A DNA stretch of 38,507 nt, from positions 1-38,507 of the IMG/VR virus record IMGVR_UViG_3300017780_002882, one strand, 5' to 3'. The notes beneath the pieces were generated by a model. It had not been told where the DNA came from and did no database searches. It saw only the letters and a list, made by a program, of their open reading frames with translations. Position numbers and translations under genes: made by a program. Origin of the DNA: a virus. Taxonomy: Duplodnaviria > Caudoviricetes. This document shows, piece after piece, positions 17,414 to 26,393 of the stretch. Every line of letters begins with the position of its first letter. Within the stretch, counting starts at the first letter, position 1.

Positions 17414-17784
17414 TTGTTTTCCTGCGCGGCTGATAGCATTGCTGGCTTATTCAGGGCCGCTCGCTCAATCCAGCCCTCTAGCTTAAAGTTCAAATAGTCT
17501 CGACCATTTCCATACCCCCCTCCCTGTCGCATTTCTTTTAGCTTACCACAAAGAAACTCAATAGTGTGACCAGCCGCCATTGGGGACTCGACGCGCCATT
17601 TCTGCGCATAAGCAAGCTCAAACGCCTCGCGCTCACCGGACAGATCTTGCGCTTCAATCGCCTGTAGTCGCTTTAGGCTGCCGAGGATTGCAAGTGTGGT
17701 TTGCACAGGTATTTCACTTTCAAATCGTGAGTCTATCGTATCGGTAACGATTTCAATTTGATGCGCTAGTGTTATTGATGACAT
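17410..17784 (-). CDS. Hypothetical protein
   Basis: EREAFE...W..RAAL motif; SD AAGGA; promoter TGGACT-N17-TATGAT upstream. Confidence 0.7.
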   Translation of the reverse strand: MSSITLAHQIEIVTDTIDSRFESEIPVQTTLAILGSLKRLQAIEAQDLSGEREAFELAYAQKWRVESPMAAGHTIEFLCGKLKEMRQGGGYGNGRDYLNFKLEGWIERAALNKPAMLSAAQENK

Positions 17785-17898
17785 GATTATTCCTTAGTTA
17801 GTTGTTTTGTTTCCAATCAGAATCATAGCAAGCCACTACCACTTAGTCCATGCTTTATTTATCAAAATGTTATAATGCAACAACTTAGAGAGGATATT

Positions 17899-19182
17899 AT
17901 GAGCTTACACTTTGCACTAAATAACGCGCTATCAATCGCACGACAAACGCTTGGCGGAATCGTTGGGCGATCAATCGACAATAAACGCCCTGCGGCATGG
18001 GACACATACGGCTATCCTGAGAACGTAGATTTTGACGATCTTTACATCGCATACGACCGTACAGGCGCTGGCCGTGGCGCAATCGAACGTATTAACGGGA
18101 AGTGTTGGGAGTCACTACCGCGCATCAAGCTTGACGATGGCAAGGACGATGTGAGCGGCTTTGAAACCGAGATCGAGCAGCTAATGAATGACGACACCTT
18201 GCAGGCATGGAGCAGGTTGATTGAATTCGATAAGCGCGGCATGGTTGGCTATATGTCGGCGCTGATTTACCGCGTTGCTGACAATAAGAAGCTAGACGAG
18301 CCGCTTGATAGTGCTCAAGCCCTTGTTGAGCTTATCCCTTGCTGGGAAAACGAGATTAAGCCGCTGGAATGGGGCGACGAGAACACACCAGAGCGAAACG
18401 GCAAGCCTATTATGTGGTCGTACAGCGCGAATAAAGTGGTTGATAGTGAAATTGAAAAAGAGACGTACAAGATCCACTGGACGCGAGTACAGGAAGTCAA
18501 GCGAACGCCTACGCTCAAGGCTGGCTACAATAGCCTGATCGATATGGCCAAGGTATCGGGCGGTAGTGGTGAGTCATTCCTGAAAAACTCAGCTCGCACG
18601 GTTACGATTGAGCTTGATAAAGATATGGACGTGCCGACGCAGGACGAAGAAGGCAATCCAATCAGCATGAAGAAGATCATGAATGAGCAAGTTCGGGCGC
18701 TGAACAACAATCAGGATGCAGCGATGATTCTGCGCGGGGGTAAGGTGTCAACACTACAGTCACAGATTGCCGATCCTACCGGTCCATGGTCAGTTCCCGC
18801 TAATGAGTTTGCCGCGTCGATTCAAGTGCCTTTCACGATTCTGTTCGGCCAGCAGACGGGTCGCCTAGCATCCGATCAAGATAAGCAGGATATGGCGGCA
18901 CGTTGCACACAGCGCCGCATCTTTGAGATTAACCCGATGCTGTCTGAGTTCGTGCGCCGGATGCAGAAAGCCGCCATCATGCCGCAAGGTGTATTCGTCA
19001 TCGAGTGGGATGATTTGGGCGAGCCAAGCGACACGGAGAAGCTGGATAAAGCGCAGAAGATGGTGGCTATCAATAAGCTAATGTTCGACGCCGGCAACGA
19101 GGCCGCATTCTCGCAAGAGGAGATCCGCTTAGTAGCTGGTTACGAGCCGATGACCATTAAACGACCTGTGATTGAAGAATGA
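17899..19182 (+). CDS. Portal protein (DUF1073-like)
   Basis: W..YGYP, GGSGESFLKNSAR, PFTILFGQQTGRLASDQD; position after terL; SD GAGGA. Confidence 0.88.
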   Translation: MSLHFALNNALSIARQTLGGIVGRSIDNKRPAAWDTYGYPENVDFDDLYIAYDRTGAGRGAIERINGKCWESLPRIKLDDGKDDVSGFETEIEQLMNDDTLQAWSRLIEFDKRGMVGYMSALIYRVADNKKLDEPLDSAQALVELIPCWENEIKPLEWGDENTPERNGKPIMWSYSANKVVDSEIEKETYKIHWTRVQEVKRTPTLKAGYNSLIDMAKVSGGSGESFLKNSARTVTIELDKDMDVPTQDEEGNPISMKKIMNEQVRALNNNQDAAMILRGGKVSTLQSQIADPTGPWSVPANEFAASIQVPFTILFGQQTGRLASDQDKQDMAARCTQRRIFEINPMLSEFVRRMQKAAIMPQGVFVIEWDDLGEPSDTEKLDKAQKMVAINKLMFDAGNEAAFSQEEIRLVAGYEPMTIKRPVIEE

Positions 19183-20090
19183 TAAAAAATCCAATCGTTC
19201 CAAAGAGTAAGTCAGATCCAGTGGGCGCCAATCGAATTCTGTCTAAAGCGTTCACTGACATCAAAGCGCGGCATAAGGGGGCGACTAAAGCTGTCCTTGC
19301 CGCGTTCGACGCTATCCCGACATACGCAATCAACGCTGAGTTTGACGCAGTAGCATACGGACTAAGCGCAGCAGATCGCACAGCGCTGAGTGAGCGCATT
19401 CAAGCTATCTTGGATCAGTGGCTAGTCGATGGCCGCACGTACTCTGACTTCTTCTATGCTGACTATTCGTCCGCTGCGGTAGCGCAAGGAACTGCGGTGT
19501 CGTACGCCAACCTGTCAGCACTCAGCGCGGTCTATGCGTCATCAGAGACGCTATCAACAATCATCCACAGTGAGGCGTACAGCTCAGCGATTGCCACGGC
19601 TCAGTTTAAGTCATACGAGCATTGGACTAACATTAGTACATCAGCAAAAGCTGATTTAATGGAGCTAATCACAAGTGCTGTTGCGTCAGGGAAAAACCCT
19701 AAGTCGGTAGTAGGGGACATATCAAGACGGATGGAGGTAAGTCGAAGTAAAGCATTGCAATACGCTCAAACCGATATAACGGACACATTGAGACAGACTA
19801 CATTAGCAAGCGATAATAGAGTCCAAAAGCAGTATGGGATAAAGACGGGACTATTGTGGACATCAGCATTCTTGGCGACGACTAGGCCGAACCATGCAGC
19901 AAGGTCAGGCAAGGTGTATACGGCTGAGGAAGTGCAAGCGTTCTATGCTACGGGGGGAAATCGATATTCTTGCCACTGCGCAGTTACAACCGTGCTGCTC
20001 GATGATGACGGTAAGCCAATGTTGACGGACAGGCTCAAAGAGACGATGAGCAAAGAGCGTGAGACTTGGGAGAAGGCGCAAGAAGGCTAG
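19179..20090 (+). CDS. Head morphogenesis protein (SPP1 gp7/Mu F-like)
   Basis: TTRPNHAARSG...NRYSCHC C-terminal motif. Confidence 0.88.
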   Translation: MIKNPIVPKSKSDPVGANRILSKAFTDIKARHKGATKAVLAAFDAIPTYAINAEFDAVAYGLSAADRTALSERIQAILDQWLVDGRTYSDFFYADYSSAAVAQGTAVSYANLSALSAVYASSETLSTIIHSEAYSSAIATAQFKSYEHWTNISTSAKADLMELITSAVASGKNPKSVVGDISRRMEVSRSKALQYAQTDITDTLRQTTLASDNRVQKQYGIKTGLLWTSAFLATTRPNHAARSGKVYTAEEVQAFYATGGNRYSCHCAVTTVLLDDDGKPMLTDRLKETMSKERETWEKAQEG

Positions 20091-20150
20091 GCTTGTTTCT
20101 ATGCAGAACGTGCTGTATGCTTTAATTTTTAACGAACCTACGAGAATAAA

Positions 20151-20684
20151 ATGAATCCATATCTAAGACTTCACCCATCATACGGCGCAGCAAAGCGGTC
20201 TGGCATGTCTGACTCAGATTTTGTAAAGCACTTGAACGACGAAGATGATGCTTGTTTTAAGCGCACTCTTAACGCAAAGAAGGAGAAGGTTGATACGTGG
20301 AATACTGCTAGCTATGCTTCAATAGAAAAGGATCAGCTAGACAAGGACTATGCGGCGGCCATGGTAAGGGTTGAGGCGCTCAAGGTGGCGCTAGACGAGC
20401 GAGGATTAAGAGAAGAATTTAGCGATCCAGAAAAATACGCCATCGGACTGGACGAGGTTCGTGCAAAGGCCGTCGAGGCTCGTGTAAATTTAGCCAAGAC
20501 CGTGGCTGAATTAGAGGGCATGACCACGCTTGTTAGGTTTGCCAGTGGATGCAACAGGCCAGAAGCGCCAAAGCTAACAAACATTAGTAGCGGTCACAGC
20601 CCGTACGACCTATACGTGCGAACGGCTCTTGCAGCGTCTTTAGGCGCTCTTGTTGCTGTAACCATCGCATACTTAATGAAGTAA
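20151..20684 (+). CDS. Moron: coiled-coil protein with C-terminal TM anchor
   Basis: Own promoter TTGTTT-N17-TATGCT; inserted in the head cluster. Confidence 0.65.
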   Translation: MNPYLRLHPSYGAAKRSGMSDSDFVKHLNDEDDACFKRTLNAKKEKVDTWNTASYASIEKDQLDKDYAAAMVRVEALKVALDERGLREEFSDPEKYAIGLDEVRAKAVEARVNLAKTVAELEGMTTLVRFASGCNRPEAPKLTNISSGHSPYDLYVRTALAASLGALVAVTIAYLMK

Positions 20685-20733
20685 GCGCGTTAAGGGTATA
20701 ATCGCGCTATCCATTTCGGACAAAGGAAAATAT

Positions 20734-22008
20734 ATGCCAGTACTGCAAATTGTAAGCGCGGTTAATTCCAAGAAGATTACGCGCAAAGGTGATCGTGTCA
20801 CTATCCGCGATGTTGTGCCGGTAGTTGACGATATCGTGATGAATGGGATCTTGTACCCAGCCAAGGAAGTAAAGGCCGCCACCCTATCGCTCAACTCAGT
20901 TCCTGCCCCATCAGGCCACCCACGCGACGAAGCAGGCAATTACGTATCAGCGTCAACAGGTGGTGCTTTGCTGAATGATTACATGGGCGTAGTCGTAACA
21001 AACGCTAGACACGATGGTAAGCGTTCACTCGTTGATCTAGTCGTCAACGTTAACCAAGCAATGGCGCATCCTGACGGCGTAGAGCTAATGAAGCGCGTTG
21101 ATTCTGCTATCGCTGGCAATGCGATTGAGCCGATCCACGTATCTACTGGCGTTATGCTTAAAAAGATGACCAAGACCGGCACGAGCAAGGGGAAATCGTA
21201 CAACGCGGAAGCGTCTGGCATGACTTACGACCACGTTGCTATCCTGCTGCATGAAGCTGGTGCTGGTACGCCCGATGAAGGCGTTGGCTTATTCCTGAAC
21301 TCAGAAGGCGCTACTGAACCAATCGAAAAAGTGTACCTAACGAACGAAGAAGAAGCAGAAGATAAGCGCAGCGCTGGCCTAATGAAGTGGGTTAAGGCGT
21401 TGTTCGGCAATTCATCTGACCTGAGCTTTGACAATATTCGTGACAAGTTACAGGAAGCAATCGGCGGCTGGGATGGTAATCGTTATATCGTCGAGGTGTA
21501 TGATAAATACTTTATCTATCGTGATGGCGATAAGCTTTATAAGCAGGACTATGCAATTTCTAGTGAAGATGATGTACAATTGATGTCTAGCACGGTTCAA
21601 GTTGAACGTGTAGTAGATTATGCAGAAGTTACCAATAAACAACACAAGGTCGATACGATGAAAGAAAAGATTCTGTTCGCGTTAAATGCGGCGGGTATTG
21701 CAACAGAAGGGCTAGACGACTCGGCCTTGATGTCTGCTTATAACTCGCTAATCAATAAACCACTTGAAGCCAAGTTGATCGAAGCTAACGGCAAATTGGC
21801 TGCAGTAGAAATCGCTGCTAATGCTGCTAAAGATGCTGAGCTTACCGCTGTAGCAACTACGCTTGCGGCTAACTCACAGTTGACCGTCGATGAACTCAAG
21901 TCACTTGGTATGGATCGCTTGAAAGCGTTATCAGCACAAGCCGCGCCATTGGTCGCCAACACTCAAACAAGCAGCGCTGTAACAATGCCTGCTTTTGAAC
22001 AATTTTAA
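20734..22008 (+). CDS. Prohead protease/scaffold (DUF2213-like)
   Basis: GHP, HVSTG, YDHVAILL.E.GAGTP.EGVG; helical C-terminus. Confidence 0.82.
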   Translation: MPVLQIVSAVNSKKITRKGDRVTIRDVVPVVDDIVMNGILYPAKEVKAATLSLNSVPAPSGHPRDEAGNYVSASTGGALLNDYMGVVVTNARHDGKRSLVDLVVNVNQAMAHPDGVELMKRVDSAIAGNAIEPIHVSTGVMLKKMTKTGTSKGKSYNAEASGMTYDHVAILLHEAGAGTPDEGVGLFLNSEGATEPIEKVYLTNEEEAEDKRSAGLMKWVKALFGNSSDLSFDNIRDKLQEAIGGWDGNRYIVEVYDKYFIYRDGDKLYKQDYAISSEDDVQLMSSTVQVERVVDYAEVTNKQHKVDTMKEKILFALNAAGIATEGLDDSALMSAYNSLINKPLEAKLIEANGKLAAVEIAANAAKDAELTAVATTLAANSQLTVDELKSLGMDRLKALSAQAAPLVANTQTSSAVTMPAFEQF

Positions 22009-22017
22009 GGAGCGAGT

Positions 22018-22443
22018 ATGTCACGTTACAATCGCATTAATATCGATGGCAAAGGCGTATCACGCACAGCATTGAATGGGATTACGATAATGCCGGGCTC
22101 TTTAGTCAAGCTTTCTGCTGGCGGTCTTTTCACAACCCACAGCACAACAGGCAAAAAGGGTGACTTTATTTACGTCATGCATGCCGATACATTGCAAGGC
22201 GGCACATGCGACACTACTGTAGCATCCATGACAACTGGCATCGGTGAGTTCGCGGAAACAGGTCGCGAGTTGGCGGTGTTAGTGACGGCATCGACAGCTT
22301 TAGTGATGGACTCGCCACTAACCTCTAACGGCGCAGGTGTTTTGCGTATTGGTGTAATCGGTACTGACGAGATTATCGCCTACTCGCAAGAAGTGTTCAC
22401 TACTCCGGCTTCGGCTCAACTTGTCCGCGTTCGCTTCGCCTAA
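22018..22443 (+). CDS. Head decoration protein
   Basis: Position between scaffold and capsid genes; beta-rich; PG.LV and L.SNG.G.L motifs. Confidence 0.75.
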   Translation: MSRYNRINIDGKGVSRTALNGITIMPGSLVKLSAGGLFTTHSTTGKKGDFIYVMHADTLQGGTCDTTVASMTTGIGEFAETGRELAVLVTASTALVMDSPLTSNGAGVLRIGVIGTDEIIAYSQEVFTTPASAQLVRVRFA

Positions 22444-22490
22444 TCGACAATAAGCCCCTCTCCGGAGGGGCCAACAAAAGGAAACACCCA

Positions 22491-23609
22491 ATGATCGTAT
22501 TTGATCCTAAGCACTTGCAAGGCGGCGATAAGTTCAGCGCCAATCACCAATCACAGTTTAATCTCGTTAAAAACGCCCGTATGATCGACGCAGCTAATGC
22601 GAAGATGATGGTGGCGAACTTTGGCGAGTACATGCTGCCGCAACAGAAGGCGACAGAAGAAGGCTTTGCTTTGCAGGGTAACGCGGGTAAAGCTGGTCTG
22701 GATTTCTGGCGCGAGACTGACCGCACGACTAAAGGCGTTCTTGATAACGACCAAGGCCGTGAGTTCTTGACCGACTTGATGGGCTTAGCTGTACCGCTGA
22801 ATATCGGCAAAACCTCACGCGCTTACGCTATCGGTACTGACGTAGCGAAAGACGTGCAACGCTCGATGGATTTCAAGATTCCAACATCGCACGATCACAC
22901 CGAAGTTGCGTATGATAGCGATCCAATCCCAACGTTCACTGCTGGCTATGGTGTAAACTTTCGTCAAACCGCTGGCCAATTGAGCGAAGGCATCGACATT
23001 GCTACTGACGCGCAATCATCCAAGATGAAGTTTGTATTGTCTAACGTTGCTGATTACATGCTAACTGGCGATTCATCGATCAAAGTTGATGGTCAAACTG
23101 GTCAGGGCATCAAGAATCACCGCAACACCAAGAAGATCAATGTTGGCCCATCTGGTTTCAACGTAGACTTGGTAGGCAATGCGACAACCAATGACGCGAT
23201 CTTTATGTTCTGGACACGCGACTTCATCAAGCAGTTAGATGACAATTACGTCAACGCGGTCGATGTATTGTGGGTATCTCCGCAAATCATGACTCGTTTA
23301 AATGTTGCCTACTCTGCATCCGGCGGCTTTAAAGAAGGCACGCTGAAAGATTACGTTGAGCGCTTCACATCAGGCCGCATCAAAAACATTCGCCAAACGT
23401 TCAAGTTGTCGGGTAACGAGTTCTTCGCATACGTTCGCGATAAAGAATTCATTGCCCCATTGGTTGGCGCTGCTCTTGCTGTTGTGCCTATCGCTCGCAC
23501 TACGCCTGTAGATAACTACAATTTCATGATCTACGGTGCAATGGGCTTGCAGATTAAAGCTGACACAAACGGTCGTTCTGGCGTGTTCTACGGCGCAAAC
23601 TTGGGTTAA
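22491..23609 (+). CDS. Major capsid protein
   Basis: 372 aa; strong codon bias; NYNFMIYGAMGLQIKAD.NGRSGV C-terminus; flanked by hairpins. Confidence 0.88.
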   Translation: MIVFDPKHLQGGDKFSANHQSQFNLVKNARMIDAANAKMMVANFGEYMLPQQKATEEGFALQGNAGKAGLDFWRETDRTTKGVLDNDQGREFLTDLMGLAVPLNIGKTSRAYAIGTDVAKDVQRSMDFKIPTSHDHTEVAYDSDPIPTFTAGYGVNFRQTAGQLSEGIDIATDAQSSKMKFVLSNVADYMLTGDSSIKVDGQTGQGIKNHRNTKKINVGPSGFNVDLVGNATTNDAIFMFWTRDFIKQLDDNYVNAVDVLWVSPQIMTRLNVAYSASGGFKEGTLKDYVERFTSGRIKNIRQTFKLSGNEFFAYVRDKEFIAPLVGAALAVVPIARTTPVDNYNFMIYGAMGLQIKADTNGRSGVFYGANLG

Positions 23610-23650
23610 TCTAACGCGGGGCTTCGGCCTCGCTATTTAAGGAATACATT

Positions 23651-23821
23651 ATGAAATTTCTTGTTACTAAACCGTGGAACTTTGACGTGAAAGAGGGTGA
23701 TGTTGTTGAGTTCGCTACCCTGCATGACTCGCTTATTGCTCACGTTGTCGCTATCCCAGAAGGTGCTTTAGAAGTTGCTACGCCGATGGGTTTAACTGAA
23801 GAGCCAAAGCGCAAGGCTTAA
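23651..23821 (+). CDS. 56-aa small virion-associated protein after the capsid gene
   Basis: MKFLVTKPWNFDVKEGDVVEF..LH; SD AAGGA; not in ORF track. Confidence 0.75.
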   Translation: MKFLVTKPWNFDVKEGDVVEFATLHDSLIAHVVAIPEGALEVATPMGLTEEPKRKA

Positions 23822-23845
23822 TCAGCGCGGTGGTATAATCACACT

Positions 23846-23874
23846 AAGCCTGTCTAATCGGACGGGCTTTTTTT
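23846..23874 (+). terminator. Intrinsic terminator
   Basis: AAGCCTGTC-TAATCG-GACGGGCTT followed by a T-run. Confidence 0.8.
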
Positions 23875-23887
23875 ATAAAGGCAAAAT

Positions 23888-24256
23888 ATGCGAATTACTT
23901 ATGATGTTTTGAATAACGCGGGAAGCTCGGTCATCGCCGTGAGTGACAATACCTTCTACACTGGCGAGGTCAGAGGGGACCATGACAAGTTTCAAGTTTT
24001 CCTAGAGTTCTTTGTTGATGCTGCTTGTACCGTTCCTGTTACGCCTACGGCTGGCACTGTGACCGTCGCAGGCTCTCCAATGGGTAACTCGTACCTTGCA
24101 GCCACAAACCCCGTAATCGCAGCTAATACCGTGATTACTGCCGGACTATCAACATACACCGCTCCATATATCGGCGGCAAGATGAAGAAAGGCCGCGCCA
24201 CTCTCGCCGGAATAACTGGCGCTGGTTACGTTAAAATTCAATTTTGGGGGTATTAA
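23888..24256 (+). CDS. Beta-rich putative structural protein
   Basis: VTPTAGTVTV.GSP; T/G/A-rich. Confidence 0.7.
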   Translation: MRITYDVLNNAGSSVIAVSDNTFYTGEVRGDHDKFQVFLEFFVDAACTVPVTPTAGTVTVAGSPMGNSYLAATNPVIAANTVITAGLSTYTAPYIGGKMKKGRATLAGITGAGYVKIQFWGY

Positions 24257-24257
24257 T

Positions 24258-25004
24258 ATGCCATACGGAGAAGCAGGAATCGGTGGTGGTGGTGGCGGTG
24301 GTGGCGGCGGCGGAACGGCTCAGATATCGGCCTCACAAATGCCAGATCTTTACAATCCTTTAAAATATGCAAGGTTTGTATGGGAGTGTTTCGGTACGGG
24401 CAATTCGTTGCCGTCGCCCCTAGGTAGCTCATCAACCAGCTCGACATTCGCGCAGGCTGCGGAGTCAGGTCGCATTGGAGTTTTAGAGCTTACTTCTTCA
24501 ACTACTGCCAATGGGAACGCATGGAACGGAGCAGTCTTAACATCAATACCGATTAGTTCAAACCCTACGATTACCTATTACTTTAAGACTCCTGCTACAA
24601 TTGATCCATTAACAAATATACAAGTTGGTTTATTTGTTATTGCTGGAGGAACAGACCGAACTTGCTTGGATATTAACGGAACATCAGGCAAGTTTACCAA
24701 CATCATCAACGGGGTTGCTGTTTCATCCAGCTCTACATATACTTTTACCCCGTCAACTTGGTACGTGGTGAGGATGACCATTTCATCGTCTGGATTTACT
24801 GGTGTACTGTATTCGGAGACTGGCGTTTCTTTGTTGAGTCATACTATGGCTGCGCCGCTATCAAACACAGGAACAGTGCCAACAACTGCGACTGGTCTAC
24901 GCGCATCAAACAGCGGAACGGTTGCAGTTCCTATGGTTCGTATTGATTTTTTTGAGTATGTAATTAATTTAGGGTCTTCAACTAGAACTTACATAGATAA
25001 TTAA
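24258..25004 (+). CDS. Poly-Gly linker plus beta-sandwich (lectin-like) protein
   Basis: Long Gly run near the N-terminus; S/T-rich; STWYVVRMTI motif. Confidence 0.65.
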   Translation: MPYGEAGIGGGGGGGGGGGTAQISASQMPDLYNPLKYARFVWECFGTGNSLPSPLGSSSTSSTFAQAAESGRIGVLELTSSTTANGNAWNGAVLTSIPISSNPTITYYFKTPATIDPLTNIQVGLFVIAGGTDRTCLDINGTSGKFTNIINGVAVSSSSTYTFTPSTWYVVRMTISSSGFTGVLYSETGVSLLSHTMAAPLSNTGTVPTTATGLRASNSGTVAVPMVRIDFFEYVINLGSSTRTYIDN

Positions 25005-25042
25005 CGGTTATCTGCGCCCGTCCAAAGCGCAGAATTGAATGG

Positions 25043-26392
25043 ATGCACAATATGGCTATTAATTTAGATTTAAAGGACTTGGCTATTTACGATGGTGCCG
25101 GTGGTGTAGCTTCATCTGTAAACCTTGCGATATCATCAAACGAAACAACTCTGTCAATTAACGGGCAGACGTTTACGCCTGACGTACCAACTACGCTATC
25201 CCGTGATGGCGACAATTTAAAGCTATCAAAGGGGGCAACGGGTTACGGCGCGATCTCTAAGGGTGACTTGCGCGATCTATTGGTGATTGCCAAGGTAAAC
25301 AACACTAGCGACGAAGAGAAGCCGCTATCATTGGCCAGTATTGCAGCGCTCAACACAAAGCAAGAAAAGATCACGTCAATTAACAAACTTGCAATGCCGC
25401 TAGTGGACGGATTGTCTGAGAGTATGACGCTATTGGCTACAAAGGCCGATCTTAATGCGCTGTCTGCTAATGTTGGCTTGGGTATTAAGTACGAGTGGAT
25501 TAGCGCATCAGTTCAAGCTGCTCAAACTGGTATGGTAGCTGGCGAGCAGGGTGTATTAGTAGGTGCTTATGGTGTTCGTGATGTTTACAGCTACAAGGAT
25601 GGCGCATGGGTTTACGCTTACAAGCTTTCGGCAAATCACGACCACGATGATCGCTACTATCAAAAGCGAGAAATCGACAGTACGGTAGAAAAGCTCCAAA
25701 AGAAAACAGACAACGTACCAATGGCGCAAGTGTCTGGCCTAGCGACTGCAATTGACGGTCTAGCAACAAAAGCAATGGTTGGTACTAATGTGCCAGTAGG
25801 CGCAGTGTTTACAGATCAGAAGTGGGACGGTGCTGACAACGCACTGCAGCGCATCATGAAGCTCGAAAACGCCAACACATCTGCAAACGCTGTCACTGGC
25901 GTAGTGGTAACTGGCAAAGTCAAGGTTGACGGCTGCTATCACAACTCAATCCCGCTCGATGATTTTCTTGTGCTGCATATCGATCCAGAAATGGACAGCC
26001 TTCGGATAACATCAAACGGCACACATTGGGAGCGTGCAGGCTCAGTAGCTGAATTCAAAATGCGCGTCAACATGACATCTTACTGGCCAGATCCAGACAA
26101 CAACAAGCCATCAACCACTGGTCGCGGGTATAGTATTTATGCCAATGGCAAGCATAATCATGGCATTCTTGGATTTAGGTATCGTGACGGCCACTGGTGC
26201 AACATGGTTGAAAACAATCCTTGGACTGTTGATATTTCGCTTTACACTCAAATAGACGGACGATTTCACCACCGCCGCTACCAAGTTCATGGAACGCGAA
26301 TGGTTCTATTTAGCGACATCAAAGGGCCGGAGCGCATGCTGATTCACTCAACATCGCACAAAACGTCATGCAAATTAGATGGGAGTATGTAA
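25043..26392 (+). CDS. Fibre-like protein
   Basis: VNNTSDEEKPLS, HDHDDRYY and QVSGLATAIDG phage fibre shaft motifs. Confidence 0.75.
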   Translation: MHNMAINLDLKDLAIYDGAGGVASSVNLAISSNETTLSINGQTFTPDVPTTLSRDGDNLKLSKGATGYGAISKGDLRDLLVIAKVNNTSDEEKPLSLASIAALNTKQEKITSINKLAMPLVDGLSESMTLLATKADLNALSANVGLGIKYEWISASVQAAQTGMVAGEQGVLVGAYGVRDVYSYKDGAWVYAYKLSANHDHDDRYYQKREIDSTVEKLQKKTDNVPMAQVSGLATAIDGLATKAMVGTNVPVGAVFTDQKWDGADNALQRIMKLENANTSANAVTGVVVTGKVKVDGCYHNSIPLDDFLVLHIDPEMDSLRITSNGTHWERAGSVAEFKMRVNMTSYWPDPDNNKPSTTGRGYSIYANGKHNHGILGFRYRDGHWCNMVENNPWTVDISLYTQIDGRFHHRRYQVHGTRMVLFSDIKGPERMLIHSTSHKTSCKLDGSM

Positions 26393-26393
26393 C

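Noticed and set aside
24282-24314. GGT/GGC tract as a contingency locus
   Set aside because: Mixed-codon triplet repeat encoding a Gly linker; slippage would keep the frame
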